Of a DNA stretch of 64,000 nt, positions 22,168-34,100 are shown piece by piece. Each line of letters opens with the position of its first letter. Position 1 is the first letter of the stretch. The notes below the pieces were generated by a model. It worked only from the letters and a program-made list of their open reading frames with translations, was not told the origin of the DNA and did no database searches. Position numbers and translations under genes: made by a program. The stretch is from Schizochytrium sp. TIO01 (lineage: Eukaryota; Protista; Bigyra: Labyrinthulomycetes). Location: NCBI GenBank assembly GCA_004764695.1, contig SMSO01000025.1, forward strand, positions 4,318,862-4,382,861, read 5' to 3'.

Positions 22168-25100
22168 GATTGCAGAAGCAGCAGAGGCCAATAGATCAAC
22201 AGATTAATCGGTGGACAGATCACGAACGCAGCTGACGACACTCAGCTAGCGAAGACCAAGTCAGCCAGGGCACCCCACGAGGGCCGTATACTAAGCTGCT
22301 CACCGCCGAGGTCTGCTGTGGCTATTCCAAGCAATATGAAAGATTGCTGCGATTTGGTATTTTCGGCCGAATCTCGAAATTTTTAATGAACATATTATTT
22401 AGATAATTCATGAAATAAATCAACTTCGAAACATGCATACTCTGTTTTGATGAAGTACGAGTATACCCAACACACGGTTTGGAGAGAGCAAATGCGAAGC
22501 AACGATTTGCTTTGGTGCATCAGCTCCTTGCAGGGTCTTCATTAGTAGTCTTTGATTGACTCAAGTAATTTGATGAGACAAATTGCTTATAAGGTTACTA
22601 ACTAGCCCAAGTAGCCCAACATAGAACCTAGATACTAGCGGGAAGTGGGTACTATTGGTGGCAAGGACTGATGCCTAGTACTTCTACTGGTCGCCAACTA
22701 ACAAAGGAATTTGCATGGAACCCCGGCATCAATGATGTACCTGAGTTGTATCATGGTTAACAACATATGGTATAGAGTACCGTCCTTTTCTCAAGCCGTG
22801 CTAAGCACACTCAAACAATATGCCTAACTTTAAACTTTGTCAGCAGTGTTATAGGAGAAATTTAATCTATTTACAATTTGAGGAAACAGGAAAGTGCTAA
22901 GGAGAAGGATTCTTTTTGGAGAGTTGGTGTACGTATTTCAATCTGAGAAGGGTCTACAAATTCGTAGAACTGACCTCTATCTTTGGTTTACGAACAGGCA
23001 AACTGCTGTAATTCGCAGCCTGCGTTACTCTATGAAAGTAATATTAGTTCTGCTTGAGTTGTAGAGTAAGTTTCAATCGTTCTAGTGGACGTTCTAGCCT
23101 GTTTTGCATTTTGAAGTCAACATAGATTAGGGGGGAAACTTTTGATCCTTCATTAAGTATGCTATTTTGACCCAGGTCATTTGGCTTCTTATTCTCAATG
23201 TTGCATTTTCTATGCAAGAATATTCATAAATCCTTGTTGTTCTCAAGTTCTAAGAACTTGGACATGGTAAATGAGATTTCACGCGTAGTTTAACAAGCAT
23301 CAAAAGACGTTTGAGGGGCTGCTCAAGCATTATTAAACAAGCCATATGTATTTGGGGTGAAACATCCGTTTAAACAGATCATAGTCTCTTCGGACTTGAA
23401 AAATGTTGAGAAAAATAATGAAAAAACAGTGAAGTATAAAAGCAAATTCCAGTGGTCAATAAGCTGAGTGGTACAATCTTATTATATGACCGCCATATGT
23501 ATGTTGTTGGTTCTTTTTACTGTTAGCGCAAAATAGTTCAAATTTAGGAGCGCAGGCTTCTTCAAACAACCACTAGTTTAACTGACACAAAACAGCAAAG
23601 GGAAGCCTTTGTGTCACGTTGGCAAGGACCCCACCTGCCCATGTGCCAACAACACGTAATAAGCTTTATACAATTCCTGAAAATGAGTTCGACATGTCGT
23701 AACGAATCTATCTTCAAAACCGAGTTTGATCCATTGCTTATGGAGGTCTGCTGATTTCAGTCTAAGAAACCCGCTTGCTTCACACACTTAACTGATGCGC
23801 ATTTGATACACATCATTTTCTTCTACAGGCCCGCCTACTTTGTAGCATCATCAATGGCTCACCTGCCCACGACAACTTCCTGTACCAGATACTCTTCGGC
23901 AAGTACAACACATCTCACCACTAACACCAAGCAGGCCGTCCTATCCTTGATTTCTACTTCTTTACACAGAATGTGTCCTCTAGAGGCACATTTAGACCCA
24001 CCAATGAATTATCATATTAGTTCATTCAGTTCATTGCATAGCGACATGATATATCAGTACCAAGTCCCTCCTAAGTAGGTATTAGAATGTTTAGTACACG
24101 AGAAAAATATATATAAAAATTTTAAAAAAATTGCCCGTTACGCCAGGTGTACAAAGCAAGTTTGTCAGCCTCTAAGACATGACGCATTTATCCGTGCTCA
24201 AGGTCACGCCTCCATAGAGAGGCATTCGACCAATGTTCGCTATCGCAGAGCTGCACTTAAATCAGCTGTGGCTCGCAAAAACGATCGATCTCTTGTTCTA
24301 AATTACTCGCCCGACACTGGTACGCATACATACATATATATATATCAGCAAGAAGTTGCGTAGAAGACCTTCGTTGCCCCCCTCCGTGAAAAGGTGCCAG
24401 GGAGGGTAACGTCTCCATAAGAGAACGATCAAATTCAACATCATTGCAAAGGAAGGGTGGCTGAAATGGTGATCACTGCCTGCCACGCTGCCTGAACGTT
24501 GCCCAAAGTCTGGATAGGAGCAGGCGCTGAGAAAAAGCTGTCAGTCTGTGCACGCCACCTCGCTGACTCAGGTACCTTGATAGTAACGCAGCGCGAGAAA
24601 TACCCTCGAGAAAGCGACCAAATCTGTGAGGTCAAGTTGATATGCGGTTCTCCTGGAACTAAAGGGAGAAAGAAAGAGCAATTGACCCATTGATCAATCA
24701 GAAACACACTATCAACTTAGTTCGAAGAAAGCAGGAACAGAAGAACATCTTAGTGCATAAAAACGGGAACTTTGATGTTACAAGCAGGTATTACAGTGGC
24801 AGGTTGCACGTTATAGAGGAGCACTTTGGCGCAGTAAGTAAACAATACACTCGACGGAAGTGGCTCCGCCGGAGGCCAAGACCTTGACGTCTCGTGGCCT
24901 TCGTGCACAGGGTGGCAAGCTGCAGGGCACGGCAGGGCACGGCAGCTTTACGCCAGAGTGTACGCACGGGGCGTATGCACTGAGCAAGTCTTGTGCACTG
25001 CGATATATCAAGGCCGCAGCACTATTTCGTGTACGTGTGCTGTCCTGATTATTTTTCATGAAGAAGGACTGAGACTGAAAGACCAAGGAACTGTTGAAGT

Positions 25101-25187
25101 CAGAAGGACAGACGCCGTAGAGCAAAGGAAGGATTATTTGCTCGCTTCCTACTTAGAGCGCAGTAACCTGTTGCGGGAGTAGGTATC

Positions 25188-28100
25188 ATGACTGGGTTTG
25201 GGTCTTCTCAGTCTGATGACAGGCCAAATAGTTATAGCCAAGGGAACACATCAAATAAACAAACCAAGAAGGTGCACGCAGCCAACTTTGACGACATGAA
25301 GTCGATCGACTCGGTTCAAAGTCATGCATCTGTAAGCACGCACGACGACGATGAAGAAGATGACAAACATGAAACAGCGCGCATGAGATTCGCATTAGGT
25401 TTCACCCTTCCATTTGATTTTGGGAAATTCTACTTGATTCCAATCACTATTATTCCTGGAATCGCTATTGCCCTTCAGCAGGGGTTATGGCGATTTGAAG
25501 ATGATTTACCACTGAAAAACCAAATTGATGACGTTGTCCAAGTCCGTGCGACAATGGACATGATCGCCCGCGATGTTGTTATCGTACTTGGATTACTCGT
25601 AACATCGTCATTTGTTGTACTGCAAATGTTCGCTGCCAACTTCCTGACACACACAATTTCATTGTTCTTTCGCAATCGAAGTCTTTTCCTTATTTTGGCA
25701 TTTATTTGTATGTCAGCAATCTTTTGTGTCGTTGTTGATACAATGGTGCATGAAGAATTCAACCTTTATATATCAATACGTATTGCATACGCACTTCGGA
25801 TGCTGTCTCTGTCCATCACCTTTCCATACTTCAATTTTCTTGTAAATTTTCTCAGTTCCGAATCACTCATTAAACAGGTGTGCGAGAATGCTGTGCAATG
25901 TCTTCATAGCCTTGGCAAGCTCGTTGTAGAGGAGAAAGGCGACTATGACGATGATGTTCTGAGTGTTCACTCAGCACGCGCATGGCTCAGTGGATGGCCT
26001 AAAGCCAGGTCAATGACACAAGATAAAATTGAAAAGGCCGTAGTCTCACACCAGGTTGATTGGATCAACGCAGTAGAACTCCTCACCGACATTGGCTTGT
26101 CAACGTTGAAGCAAAAAGACAAGGAAAATGCAAACAACGCAATGCTGTCACTTTATACTATTGCATGTGAGTATTCACATTCCAAAATGTCAGGCAAAGT
26201 TCCAGATTCTTGGTTTCTATTATCTGATCCTATTCGAATCCGCCCTGACTTTTCATCACTTTCGGTAGAGGTACTGGATAACTTAGAAAGCAAGGAGATA
26301 TGGTGCGAGTGGAAGATTTTGCGTGCTTATCAGTTGTTACTGGAGACGTCCAATACGTTGGATATGCCGAACCTTTGCGGTTTAGCAGCATTTTATACCC
26401 GCAAAATTGGTGAACTAGCAGCTCAAAGAGGCCAGCGCGAAGTTGTTGAGGTATGCATTAAGTTCTTAAACACATACATTGCTTATCTCATTCATGAAAA
26501 GAATATCCCCGTTCTTTCAGGAGTTCTCAATGAATACCGTGAGCTAGGTGTGGAGATGGTTCGTATGGATGCCTTTTTCACAAACATGATTAAAGAAATT
26601 GATAGCACACTAAGCTCCGCTGAGCGGCAACGAAAGAGTAGCGTTATTTTACGAAGCATCACCTTGGCACGTCGAAGCATGCGGGGACATTATGGTAATG
26701 CTGCAACCAATAGTACATCGCTTGATCCGCAATCATTGAGTCTGCATCACATGCGTCGTCAGCGGAAGAGTCTGGGATCTATCAGAAATGAAATTGCATC
26801 TGCTAGGCGCCAGAGTGGAGATGCTACAGCTGCAGGCTCCGCGCTTTATAATATCAAAGCAATAGCGCCTGGGAGACTTACAAATTTTATTTCTGGTATT
26901 CGAGGAACATTTATACAGGGGCAAGATGATTTTGACAACCGCTCTACGGCTCGTATGCGATCGATGAGGTCTCGGTTCATCAACCAAAAGCTTCACTATA
27001 GTAAAATGCTTGGAACTGTAGCCAATAATCTACGACAACATCTCGTTGCAAGTACAGATCATACCCTTGGAATTATTGCAGAAACAATTGCTCACGACAT
27101 GGGTGAGATCTGCGCAGAAGCGTACAAAAATGAATGTGAAGCCCATGAAGAATTATTAGCTATCTTTCTTACGCTAGATGATACACAAACTCAAAGTTCC
27201 CAACGCCAAACCCATCGAGGCATCCGTCGGTCTCAAGTTAAGCTCGCTACATACTACCTAGTTGGTGGTGACATCGAGCTAGCTAAAGAGATCCATCAAG
27301 ATATGGAGGAAGAACCCATGTTTCGAATTAGGCAAATTTATCGCGAGTTAGTAGCTATGGATACTGAAAACTTTTGGGAAATTTCATTTCGTAGCCGAAA
27401 TTTGGATTACCTCAGCCCCCCTTATCGAGCTCAATTAAAGACCTTTTTTGGATGGTTCGAAGATTTTAGCTTCGAAAAGCTAGGAAAGATGGACAATGAC
27501 CTATTTGATGTTTCCAAGAATGTTCATTTAGGAGTTAATGATGAGGACCAAGAGGGCCACTCGGAATCGAGTCTGGGTCAAGAAGAGAAAGATGAAAGCC
27601 AGGAGCATGGTTCTCCCATTGCAATGAGTACTGAGGAGAATGACGGCCAAGAACGCGATGGCGCGTCAGCTTCCCTGTGTTCTGATCGGGACGAAAGCGA
27701 AGCTGATATAAGCATGAGTGAAAAGTCGGAGGCTAAACGTCGTACAAGAGCAAGTATCGATGTTCGTCGGCGATCAATTTTAGAAAGCGACATTCGTAGA
27801 CCAAGTGTGGTTAAAAGCGAGACGGAACAAGTCTTAGAAGATCTCAACCAGAAAACTGGCTCGTTATGTTGGCGTTTGCAACTTTTTGGGGAAGATGGTC
27901 TCTTACGAATTTTTATCAACACCTCCCTTTATACCGTTGGTTGTCTTGTTGTTGGTGTTCTCCTGGACCAGTGGAATGGGAGCAGCGCCGTTCCTGTTAG
28001 TTTTACTCAATTTGAGGCCGATGTCATGATCAGTGGTTTAGCTGTTACATCCATTCTTCTATATGTGGTGTTGTGTGTGAGCTCTATGATTATCTTGCAG

Positions 28101-31100
28101 CTTGTCGCAGCGAGATATAAGTTTCATCCAGATATGCTTTCTTTTCTGCGAGATCCTATTCTCTACTTTATTTTGGCTCAAATCATGGTAAGTTGCATGC
28201 TTACTACAATGATCAGCATTTACATCGAAGAAGAAGCTGTACCAAAGCGTACGATTCGTTTTACGATCGTGCTTATTATGCTTAACATTGTGCTTTTGCT
28301 GGTTTACTATACTCGACTTTTCTTTGTTCTGCAACCAGATAGCATTCTCAACAATGTTCAACGCCGTACGCTTAGTCATGTTCGAGTTGCAATTGGCCGC
28401 ACCAACACACTCCGAAACCTGAAAAAGAAATGTGCAACAGGCACTACAAAATCACAATTTTTGCGAATGAATACTATTACAGCGCGGTACGGGCCAACGC
28501 AAAATAATACAACGGATGCAAAGGCAGAGCAGTCTGCTGCAAAAGCGTCTCTTGATAAACTTCGAGAAGAAGTATGGTATCACCAGTTCCAAGCTCATGA
28601 ACATATCAAAAGAATCTGTGATTTTGCATTCGCTTGCGTGCAAGACTCCGATGAAACAAATCTCAACAAGGCAATCTCGATACTCTTGGTCATCATTAAG
28701 GAGTATGCCGTGAGTAAGAAAAAGTTGCCAGATGAGTGGTTCGAAGTTCGTGGTTTGCTTCGTCGTACATCTGATTTTATCAACTTTTCTGCATATAGAA
28801 TTACGCTGGTTACGGAACAGCGTGTGTGGTTTGAATGGAAAGTTCTTGCACAGTATCTTCTGATATTCGATGAATGCATTAAGCTTGCTCGTGTTGATGC
28901 ATGTCAAGCAGTGACACTGAAGACCGGAAGTATTGCAAAAGGTTTCATTCAGGCAAACGATACCAATGCATACAGAGTGGCAATAAACTTTATTAATACG
29001 TTTATGCGTCGCGCAATCAATAATAAAAGCAATGAGGTTGCAGGCCAACTTGTCATGCAGAACTATATGCTTATGCAAGAGATCATTAGAACTAAGTTTG
29101 ATGAACGTACTGAACCAGTAGTTCAAGAAAGATGGCGTGCCATTATCTCAGACCAAGGTCGTTATCAAAAGTATTATGCACAAGTTGCGCTTTTGAAAGG
29201 GCTTGGAGCTATTGTTGAAAACGTAGCTATGTCGTTGAGTCAAATTTGCAGTGTTGCCCTTGAAGTTGATGAATTAGTTCACATTGACATGCTTGAGCTG
29301 CTTTTGACAGTCGATGATACGGCGGATGGAGATCAGGATTCTCTTGTGGGCATTCGTCGAGCACAAGCAAAACTTGGCCTCAAATATATAATCACAAACA
29401 ACGAGTCCTTCGCGCGGATGGTAGCAAGTGATTTTGAGGTAGAGACCTACAGTCGCCTTAAAAACATTGTAGATGAAATGTTATCAACAAATCGGGCAGA
29501 ATACTGGGAGGTGTCTGAGAATGGACTGCCAACAGAGTTTCTCTCTCATGAAGAAAAAATGCAACTTGCAACTTTTTTTACATTTGTTGAAGAAGAGAAG
29601 GCCGCGGAGGAGCTTAATAACCCCTCAGGTAGCAAACCTGCTCCACCTCTAAAACCATATATTGACGAAATTCTAGAAAACAAAACTAGCAAGCAGCTGG
29701 GTTTCCGTCCTAGGACACAGCAAGAACTCATTGACCGTCGCCGAATGGCTGGAGGATCATCCAGATCTCTACAAAGTATCGACGACAAACTCAAAGCAAC
29801 TACGAATACATTTCGTATGGGGACAGGGCGAAGTGCATCAATTTCTATCGTCAATAACCATACGAGCATTTTGGATGATGGCTTTAGTGTGTCTCAACTT
29901 GATGATTTCCTAGAGGCTATTTTTGCACAAGTGAAGGGTCAACTACCCATGCAGGAATTATGTACCAGACTTCTACTTCCTCTCACTCTGATGGGGATTT
30001 TTACGATTGTGCTGTTATCTATTAGTTTTGCTGTTGACAACGTCATGGCTCAGGACGATGAGACCATCAAATTCACCCTGAGTGATATCTGGTCCCTGAG
30101 TAACGAGCCAAAGGATACTACTTTACCTGCTGAGCTAGTCATTCGCATTTTTTCTGTGATTATGATGTGCTCATTGATTGCACTTCAAAAGTCGGCTTCA
30201 CGAGTGGTCAGGCATGTATGGATGCTTTTTCGCTCAGCACGTTGGGTACAGGTGATATGGCTACTTGATATCTGTGCTGTGAGTTTTGCATTGTTAAACG
30301 CAGGATTCAGTATTGAAAAAGCTCGACCGACACTATCTCTGATAAGTGTGATTTTGGCTTCACTTAGTGTTATGACTCTCTACCCGTACTTTTCATACTT
30401 TTTTGTCTTTCTTGACGAAAACCGTTTGCTTACCCATGTCGTTCTGCAAGATTTACGAATGCTAAATCAACTGAGTAAATCCAGCGATTCTACGTCTAAC
30501 GTTCTTCATCTTGTACATTCTCTCCAGCGTGTTGCGGATTTTGCATCATCCACAATTCGTGTCAAAGATAAAACAAACGCAATGAAATCCGTTAACGCTC
30601 TCTACTGTATTGCGCGGTGCTACCTGAATGTGAAGCAGAACCTTGAGACTTCCTTCTTTTTCAAGTTCAACGAGCTTCCAGAACTGGCATCGATGTCAGA
30701 CTTTGCACGGCTTTCAATCGACTTTCGAACCACAATCTCGGAGGACCGATCATGGGTTGAGTGGAAATTTTTAAGGCACTTGCTCATTTTGTTCCAAGAA
30801 AGTGTGGGTCATATGGCGGAAGTGTGCTACCGCATAGTTATAAGTACTCGAGAGCTCGCCGAAGCAGCTATGCGGAAGGGTGATCTTGCTCTTTTGGACC
30901 TGTCCATTAAATTTCTTAACACTTTTCTGAAGATTGCTCTAGAAAGGATGGATATTCGACTGGTGTATAATATCATGTTTCAATACCGGAAGCTAGGAGA
31001 GAATATAATAAATGGGCGTCTTCTGTCCCCGAACAACAACATCACAGCCAAAGAGTCAGATCGCTATGTCTTAGACATTGCCTTTTTCTTTCGTCATTAT

Positions 31101-34100
31101 GCTCATGTTGCTCAGTCACGTGGTATTGGTTTCGTTACTGAGTTGATCACTCATGACCTTTTCGTTCTATGCATGGCCGCCTCTCGTCGTAATGCAAAAT
31201 GTCATGATGATTTGCTCAATATTTCTCTGCAGTCATATTCAAAGGACTCTTCGATTGGCCGAAGGGGCGTCCGGCGAGCACAACTCAAATTGTCAGCGTT
31301 TTATATTGTTCAAAAGAGGATGGCTCATATGGAAAAGGTTCTTGAGGAAATACTCAGTGAAGACAATTTAGATCAAATTATTAGGGCCTATGCAGACCTT
31401 AGCGCTCCAGAAGTATCGCTGAACTTTTGGGAAATTAATGAGCGCAACTACAACATTGATCACATGATTCCTGAACAACACCGTGCGCTACGTGAACTTC
31501 TTGAACGTTTCCCTGAGAATTTGCGTGACCTGTGCCATGGATTTGAGAGCCGGGTGCACAAACGAATTGATGTCAAAGCTAACCAAGGTTCGGACAGACC
31601 AGCTTCCTCAAGCAAAAAGTCAGAAAGTACCGGAAATACACAGAGTCTTGAGTCTGTCTTTAGTGGATTTTCTCGCGAAATTGTTATTCGTGCCCGTGAA
31701 AGTGCAAAAAGAGTAGAGGCGAGGGATGCAAGTTCCGTCAATAGAAAGACAATGCGATATTTGGGCATGCAAAAAGCGCGCTTCGGCAGCACCATGCGTA
31801 TTCTCTCAACGTCAAATGCTGAAAATGGAGGAAAACCAGGTGAATCTCCGGGGTCGTCAATGGAAAACCTGAATACAGGTAGTAGTATGGCAAATGCAAG
31901 CCAGAAGGCTTGGTTTGTAGTTGTCCTGCTCCTTTTTATTGCCTTATCTGCCACTTTTATTGCCGCTGCGCTTGATTCGAATCTGAGCACAGCTCATCTT
32001 TTTCTCTTCCTGCCAAGCACCACAGTAAAAGATCGACAACAGACTCTTAAATTTCTTGGCAAGGCCTCGGTAGTCATCTTTTGCATTGTCTTGACCCCAA
32101 CCCTTATTATGCTTCAAATAAATTCTCGCCATCTATTGGGAGTGATAGCAGAGCAATTTTTCAAGGATCGGCGTGTCGCTTTTCTACTAACCTACTATTC
32201 ATCCGCGGCTGTATACTGTTTGGCAGCTCATTATGTTACAACAGACACTTATGCTCCAAGGCTAGCTGTGCTGGCCAGTGGTGCCGTTGTGGCGACATTA
32301 ATTTGCTTTCTCTTCCCTTACTTTGCCACGGTCTTTGAGTTTTTAGATCCTCACGGCGTGGTAATGCGGATGCTTAAACACTCAACAAAAGCAGTGAACG
32401 AGAGCACAACCGCTCGTAAGCCATCACACTCCAAAATTATCTTTGAGCAAATGCAGCTAGATAGGCTTTTACAGCAACTCACTGGCTTTGCAAATGCATC
32501 TTTGCGAGATAAAGACAAGAACAACTTAACGAATGTAGTTCGTGTTCTATCAACTTTTATGGAGCATTACCTCTATTTAAAAAGCCGTCTTGACCAGAGG
32601 TGGTTTGATGCAACAGGGCGTCACATGCGAATTTCTCAAGATTTCGGGTCTCTAGAGCCTGACCAACTTGTCATCATGTCAGAGACCCGGACATGGGTTG
32701 AGGCTAAGCTACTTCGTCAATTCCTGGGACTTTTTAACGAAGCGTTAGTCAACATGCAAGAAAGCTGTTTTCTTATTGCTATCGAGACAGTGAAAATTGG
32801 GCATCTAGCGATTGAAGTCCTTGACTACCACACCGTTGAGCTTGTGGTCAAGATGCTGAATACTTATTTGAGGTCTTGCTTGAATAAACGTGCTATTCGT
32901 GCGATCTACAATACTCTTCATCAATATCGGCAATTTGCTGAACTGTTAGTTATATCTTCGGCAGGACAGCATCAACCCTTGAATAAATTTGCTATCAGTA
33001 TTGCGCAGTACCTTCGCTACTATGGGTCTGTGGCAGCTTCCATGCGCATTGAATTTGTTGTTCAGGTTATTGCTTTCGACTTGGCTCGTATGTGCGAAAC
33101 GGCGTTTACACTTGGTTTCGATAACAACGTTACGAATGACCGTACTTTGGCGGAGCTTTTAGCCCTTTTTGATAGCATGCAACCAAGCACCTCGACCGCA
33201 AATGTAGTGAGTGAGTTTGAGCGCCGCGAACAGGTCTGCAAAGAGTTTGGCAATAATATGGAGTCGATTGCTCGTGCGAGCATGTGTCTCGCTACTCTTT
33301 ATCTCGAAATGGGCGATCAACATCGTGCAGACGTCATCATTGACAAACTGAACGAAAGCTGTCAACCTAATATCCTAGAACGTGCACGAGATAAAATTGA
33401 GAAGTGCACTGAGCGGGACTTCTGGGAAGCGAACGATCGGGGATCAAACTTTGATTTCTTACCAGAATCTCGGCGCGCAAAGCTCATGCAACTTTTTATG
33501 GCTCTCCGCAATGGAGAGGAGCGTCTTCGGGAGCGTGAATCTGCCTTGGTCATTCGCGCTGGAGCTGATCCAACAAAGATCAAAAGCTTGAACATGCCGA
33601 ATAGCTTGTTTGCTGCAATCCACCGTCGAGCTGCGGAGTCTCGTAGTTCAGGACTTGTGCCAGCAGTCAACAACGGACCAAGCTTGGCAACGATTAGCCT
33701 TGCCCATGCAGCGATGATGCGTAAAGTGAAGCGAATCAGAGACGCTCGGGAGCAGCATGAGAAAGAGCAGGTTCAAATTGAGCAAGATGATTCTGTTGAA
33801 ACGCAGGCACTGGTAATGCAGTCTTTCATGGGAGCTCACATGGAAGAATCAACTCGAAGCACTCGCCACCGGAATTCTGTAAGAGAGATGGCCCACGCAA
33901 CTCGTGTTCGCCAATCTCGCAGAGGAAGTGCTAACAATTTATTGTCCCTCTTTGCAGGGACGAGCAAAGCAGCACAACGTGCTCACGAAGAAAACATGAA
34001 TGAAGGTTCTGTTGTATCGTTTACCTCAGTCGCTTCGATGACTGAGACTCGACAGGGGCGAGGCGCATACAATTCAGTTGCTTCCCTCGATGGTCCAGGC